64,000 nucleotides of DNA, taken from positions 1,302,001 through 1,366,000 of the forward strand of contig CAKKNE010000004.1 in NCBI GenBank assembly GCA_918797485.1, written 5' to 3'. A model generated the notes under the pieces. That model saw only the letters and a list, made by a program, of their open reading frames with translations, was not told the DNA's origin and did not search any database. This document shows, in pieces, positions 60,836 through 64,000 of the stretch. Position 1 is the stretch's first letter. Each line of letters begins with the position of its first letter. Origin of the DNA: Pelagomonas calceolata (lineage: Eukaryota). The position numbers and the translations under genes were made by a program.

Positions 60836-62389
60836 ATGAAAAGTATGCGCCTCGCCGCGCTCCTGCTCGCCGCCCGCGCGGCCTCGGTCGCCGGCCAGAT
60901 CCTCCCCGCGGCGGCCGCGTTCGGCGCTGACCTCGTCGCGTACTACGCGTTCGACGAGGGGTCGGGCTTCGACCTGAAGGAGGCAGTGTCCGGGCAACTC
61001 GACGGGAAGGTGCTGTACGAGGCGGAGGATCAGACGGTATATTCTCAGCCCAACTGGCAAACGGACGATCGCTTCGGCAATGTGATCTCGTGCGGCTCCG
61101 CAACCACGCTGCAGAAGGACACGCTCGAGCTCGCCGACGTCGACTACGGCAAAAACGGCAAGTTCGCGATAAACGTGTGGTTCCGCCACGACAAGGAGAA
61201 CTTCCCTGACTTGCACAAGGAGGTGCTTTTTGGCCACGGCGACCCGGAGTTATCCGCAGGGTGGAGTGCGAACCATGTGCATGTGTGGTTGGAGAAGGGG
61301 TACCTGGGTACCGACAGCGAGAAGTACGCAGCAATCTACGACAAGGACAACACCATCCGCACCCTCCTGGGCGACTCGAACGACCCTCCGTCGTACACCT
61401 GCCCGTACTGCGAAAGCCTCGGGCTCTCGGAGACCGATACCGAAGCGTCGGGTCTCACGTGCGGGTCGAACCCCAATTGCTGGAGTCATCGCGGGCAATA
61501 TCTCGACACGCTGCCCGGCGAGCACGCCGCCTTCGAGACAGGCGGCGCGTGGCACATGTACACGCTCACCACGCACCCGGAGGGCGGCAAGGGCTTCTCG
61601 GTGTACGTTGACGGCAATTTGGTCGCGTCGCAGCCCTACAACGGCAAGGGCGTCAACGCAATGGATCATCAAACGCGGGGCGGATTTGATTTCTGCTACG
61701 AGTGCCCCGAATTTGCTGACTATTGGAAGCCCGTATACCAAGACAAGACGACTAAGGATTCCTGCGTGGACGACGATGAAATGGTGCAACGGGGGATGGC
61801 TGACCATCAGGGAGTCGCGTTGCCGAATCCCGGGGCGTGCGCGACGCTCGCATTGATGCATGATACGAGTTCAGTGACGACGGCCTATTGCCTCAACCCC
61901 TCGATATATGCCGGCTGCTGCGCGAGCTGCTCAGGCCTCAATGGTTACGACAGCCAGTGGACCCCCGTACGCGGGGCCGCGGGGGCTTCGACGGCAGACG
62001 AGGAGCTGTTCGCCCGAGGTGGCGACCCGATCGACCCGATCGGGCCGATGCGCTTCTGCGGCCGGCTCGCCGCCTGGGGCGATGCCTATACGAAGGCGAC
62101 GCAAGGCTACTGGAAGGACACGACGACCGCGAGTGGAAACGACCTCGGGTGGCACAAGGACCGCTACTTCCTGGGCAAGCTGGCGCACGCGTCCTTCTAC
62201 TCGACGGCGATGTCGCAGACGCAGGTCCAAGCCCTGTACCAGAGCTACCTCGACCACGACTTCCTGGCGACGCCCGCGCCTTCGGCGAGGGCGACGCCCC
62301 CGCCGAAGCCCGCGTCCGACGGCGCGCGGGCGGTCGCCCTCGGCTCCCTGGCGGCGCTCGCCGCGGGCCTCGCCGCGCTCCTCCTCTAG
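60836..62389 (+). CDS. Secreted/GPI-anchored LamG/ConA-like protein with Cys-rich (ShK-like) insert
   Basis: LVAYYAFDEGSG, FAINVWF, WHMYTLT, VYVDG, FLGKLAHASFYSTAMS..VQALY; C-terminal hydrophobic tail. Confidence 0.8.
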   Translation: MKSMRLAALLLAARAASVAGQILPAAAAFGADLVAYYAFDEGSGFDLKEAVSGQLDGKVLYEAEDQTVYSQPNWQTDDRFGNVISCGSATTLQKDTLELADVDYGKNGKFAINVWFRHDKENFPDLHKEVLFGHGDPELSAGWSANHVHVWLEKGYLGTDSEKYAAIYDKDNTIRTLLGDSNDPPSYTCPYCESLGLSETDTEASGLTCGSNPNCWSHRGQYLDTLPGEHAAFETGGAWHMYTLTTHPEGGKGFSVYVDGNLVASQPYNGKGVNAMDHQTRGGFDFCYECPEFADYWKPVYQDKTTKDSCVDDDEMVQRGMADHQGVALPNPGACATLALMHDTSSVTTAYCLNPSIYAGCCASCSGLNGYDSQWTPVRGAAGASTADEELFARGGDPIDPIGPMRFCGRLAAWGDAYTKATQGYWKDTTTASGNDLGWHKDRYFLGKLAHASFYSTAMSQTQVQALYQSYLDHDFLATPAPSARATPPPKPASDGARAVALGSLAALAAGLAALLL

Positions 62390-62526
62390 GAGGGAACCTC
62401 GCCCGCAATTTGACCCGCGGCTCCGTCCGACCAAGTCCCAGGACGTCGAGCTGCCCTCGTCCGAACTGACCCCCGCTGCACGAATAATTTAAGTAACAAC
62501 TTGAACATTAAGGACACACACCACGC

Positions 62527-63591
62527 CTAGCGCGTGGCATTCCCCTGGCGGCACCACGCCCTCCCGAGCTCTCCGTCGACGGCGCTCGGCTCGAAGGCGT
62601 GCTCGCCGCGCTTCGGGTAGACCGTCACCTCGCCGAGGAAGAATGATGCGCCCGCGTCGAAGAGGTCGATTCGCGCGAAGTCGAGCCCCCGCGCGAGGCC
62701 GTCGCACACATCCCTGGCCTGACGGACGCGCGCCGGCGCGAGGCCGGCGCCCGCGGGCTGGCGGTCCACGGCCACGGGGAGGCGGCGCCCCGAGCGCGGG
62801 TCGTGGAACGTGTCCCGCTTCCGCGCCCCCCGCGGCCGGCCGCTCGCCGCGTCGAAGCGGTGCGTCACGTGCTGGACGAGCGCCGTGCGGCCGCGGAAGG
62901 CGAAGCACTTGACGTCGTCCGCCGGCGTCGCGCCGTCCGTCCGATAGACCAGCCGCTCCGCGACGACGCCGGGCGTCAGCTTGGAGTATGCCCACTGCGT
63001 CACGTCGTACATGGTCCGCGTCCAGCGCGCGCACAGCGTCGCGAGGAGCTCGGGCGTGACGCGCGACCCCGGCGCGAGCCGCCGCTCGCCGCAGGGCTTG
63101 TGGCCGACGACGCGGCCGCCCTCGACGAGGACGAGGCAGCCCGTCGTGTGGGTCGCCTTGAAGGCGTAGGCGTCCGCGCCGATCTCCGGCACGGCGCACG
63201 TCTTCGAGGCGAACAGGACTTCGGGCGTCCGGACGCCGCGCAGCTCCGCCCAGCGCTTGACCAGTTGTTTGTCCGTGAGCGCCGCGAGGACGGGCCGCCG
63301 GTCGCGGGCCATGCGCGCCTTGACCAGCTCATTAAACGACGGCGGCCCCGCGGCGCACGCGGGCGCCAGGAACGCGGGCTCGTCGGCGCCCGCCGTCGCC
63401 GCGCGCGCGAGGTGCGCCAGCAGCTTCGTGTCGTTGTTGCTCCTGTAGAGGTAGGCCGGCATGCGGTTCGCCGCCAGGGCCCCGACGGCGGGCGAGCGGA
63501 CCGCCAGGTCCTTCACGCAGCAGCGCAGGTAGTAGGCGAGGTAGAGGAGCGCCGCGACCAGTGTTGTACTGCGCGGGCAGCCCATGGTCAT
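62527..63591 (-). CDS. TupA-like ATP-grasp protein with N-terminal TM
   Basis: LTDKQLVK, FKATHTTG, VVAERL, DVKCFAFRG, LARGLDFARIDLF, FLGEVTVYP. Confidence 0.82.
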   Translation of the reverse strand: MTMGCPRSTTLVAALLYLAYYLRCCVKDLAVRSPAVGALAANRMPAYLYRSNNDTKLLAHLARAATAGADEPAFLAPACAAGPPSFNELVKARMARDRRPVLAALTDKQLVKRWAELRGVRTPEVLFASKTCAVPEIGADAYAFKATHTTGCLVLVEGGRVVGHKPCGERRLAPGSRVTPELLATLCARWTRTMYDVTQWAYSKLTPGVVAERLVYRTDGATPADDVKCFAFRGRTALVQHVTHRFDAASGRPRGARKRDTFHDPRSGRRLPVAVDRQPAGAGLAPARVRQARDVCDGLARGLDFARIDLFDAGASFFLGEVTVYPKRGEHAFEPSAVDGELGRAWCRQGNATR

Positions 63592-63841
63592 TTTACGCGG
63601 CGTCGCAGTGCCACTTTTGCTCTGCACTCTGAGCTGGGCCAGACAGGTCAGGACAAGACAGAGAATTGCTCTGCAGAGCGAAGTCTCCGAGCGAGCCACT
63701 CGGGGACGCGATACGCAATCCCAGGCTGGTCCCGCAGTTGAACCCGCACGCAAGGAGCCCTGAGCTGGATGGCTCTCCACTCACTCAGTGTGCGAACAGC
63801 AAAGTGCCGGCTCACCGGTCGCGAACAAAAAAAAAGGAAGG

Positions 63842-64000
63842 ATGCGCCCCGCGACGCTGCTCCTCTGGGCAGCCTTCGCCACGCGCCCCGCGCCGGTGCG
63901 AGGCGTGGGCAGCGCCCCCAACCCGGCCCCGGCGCCCCAGCCGCGCCCGACGCCGCGGCCCGTGCCCCGGCCCACGCCCCGGCCCGTGCCCCGGCCCACG
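63842..64000 (+). CDS. Secreted Pro/Thr-repeat protein, 5' part (runs off window)
   Basis: MRPATLLLWAAFA signal peptide followed by PRPT/PRPV repeats. Confidence 0.65.
   Translation, partial: MRPATLLLWAAFATRPAPVRGVGSAPNPAPAPQPRPTPRPVPRPTPRPVPRPT

Overview
Gene-dense, GC-rich eukaryotic DNA. The introner-type introns and the MYND-RINGv-TPR and ankyrin families suggest a pelagophyte alga (Pelagomonas/Aureococcus-like); this is inference, not a database match. About 33 protein-coding genes can be supported; I found no rRNA, tRNA or CRISPR array. Several ORFs in the supplied track are gene fragments split by short spliceosomal introns. Many of these introns derive from non-autonomous DNA transposons (introners) with TIRs CTGTGTGGAAATC...GATTTCCACACAG, 8-bp target-site duplications, and a GT/GC donor taken from the first TSD. 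Removing them restores frames exactly and reveals three unusual surface proteins. (1) A receptor-like mono-ADP-ribosyltransferase: signal peptide, TauA-like sulfonate-binding domain, 3 CUB, TM, WWE, SH3-like, PARP (13973-18461). (2) A receptor-like HECT E3 ligase: signal peptide, Cys-rich modules, DUF285 repeats, Pro/Thr stalk, TM, HECT (3295-8861). (3) A full-size ABCA transporter with a long Cys-rich/C-type-lectin N-terminus (30239-40295). Other highlights are a divergent thymidylate-synthase-fold gene next to a histone-H4-like/GCN5 fusion and a PHD/FkbM fusion, three tandem Myb-like paralogs with 10 introns at non-shared positions, and two recurring CTAG-containing intergenic motifs. All domain calls are by-eye motif recognition, and splice models are inferred from frame restoration without RNA data.
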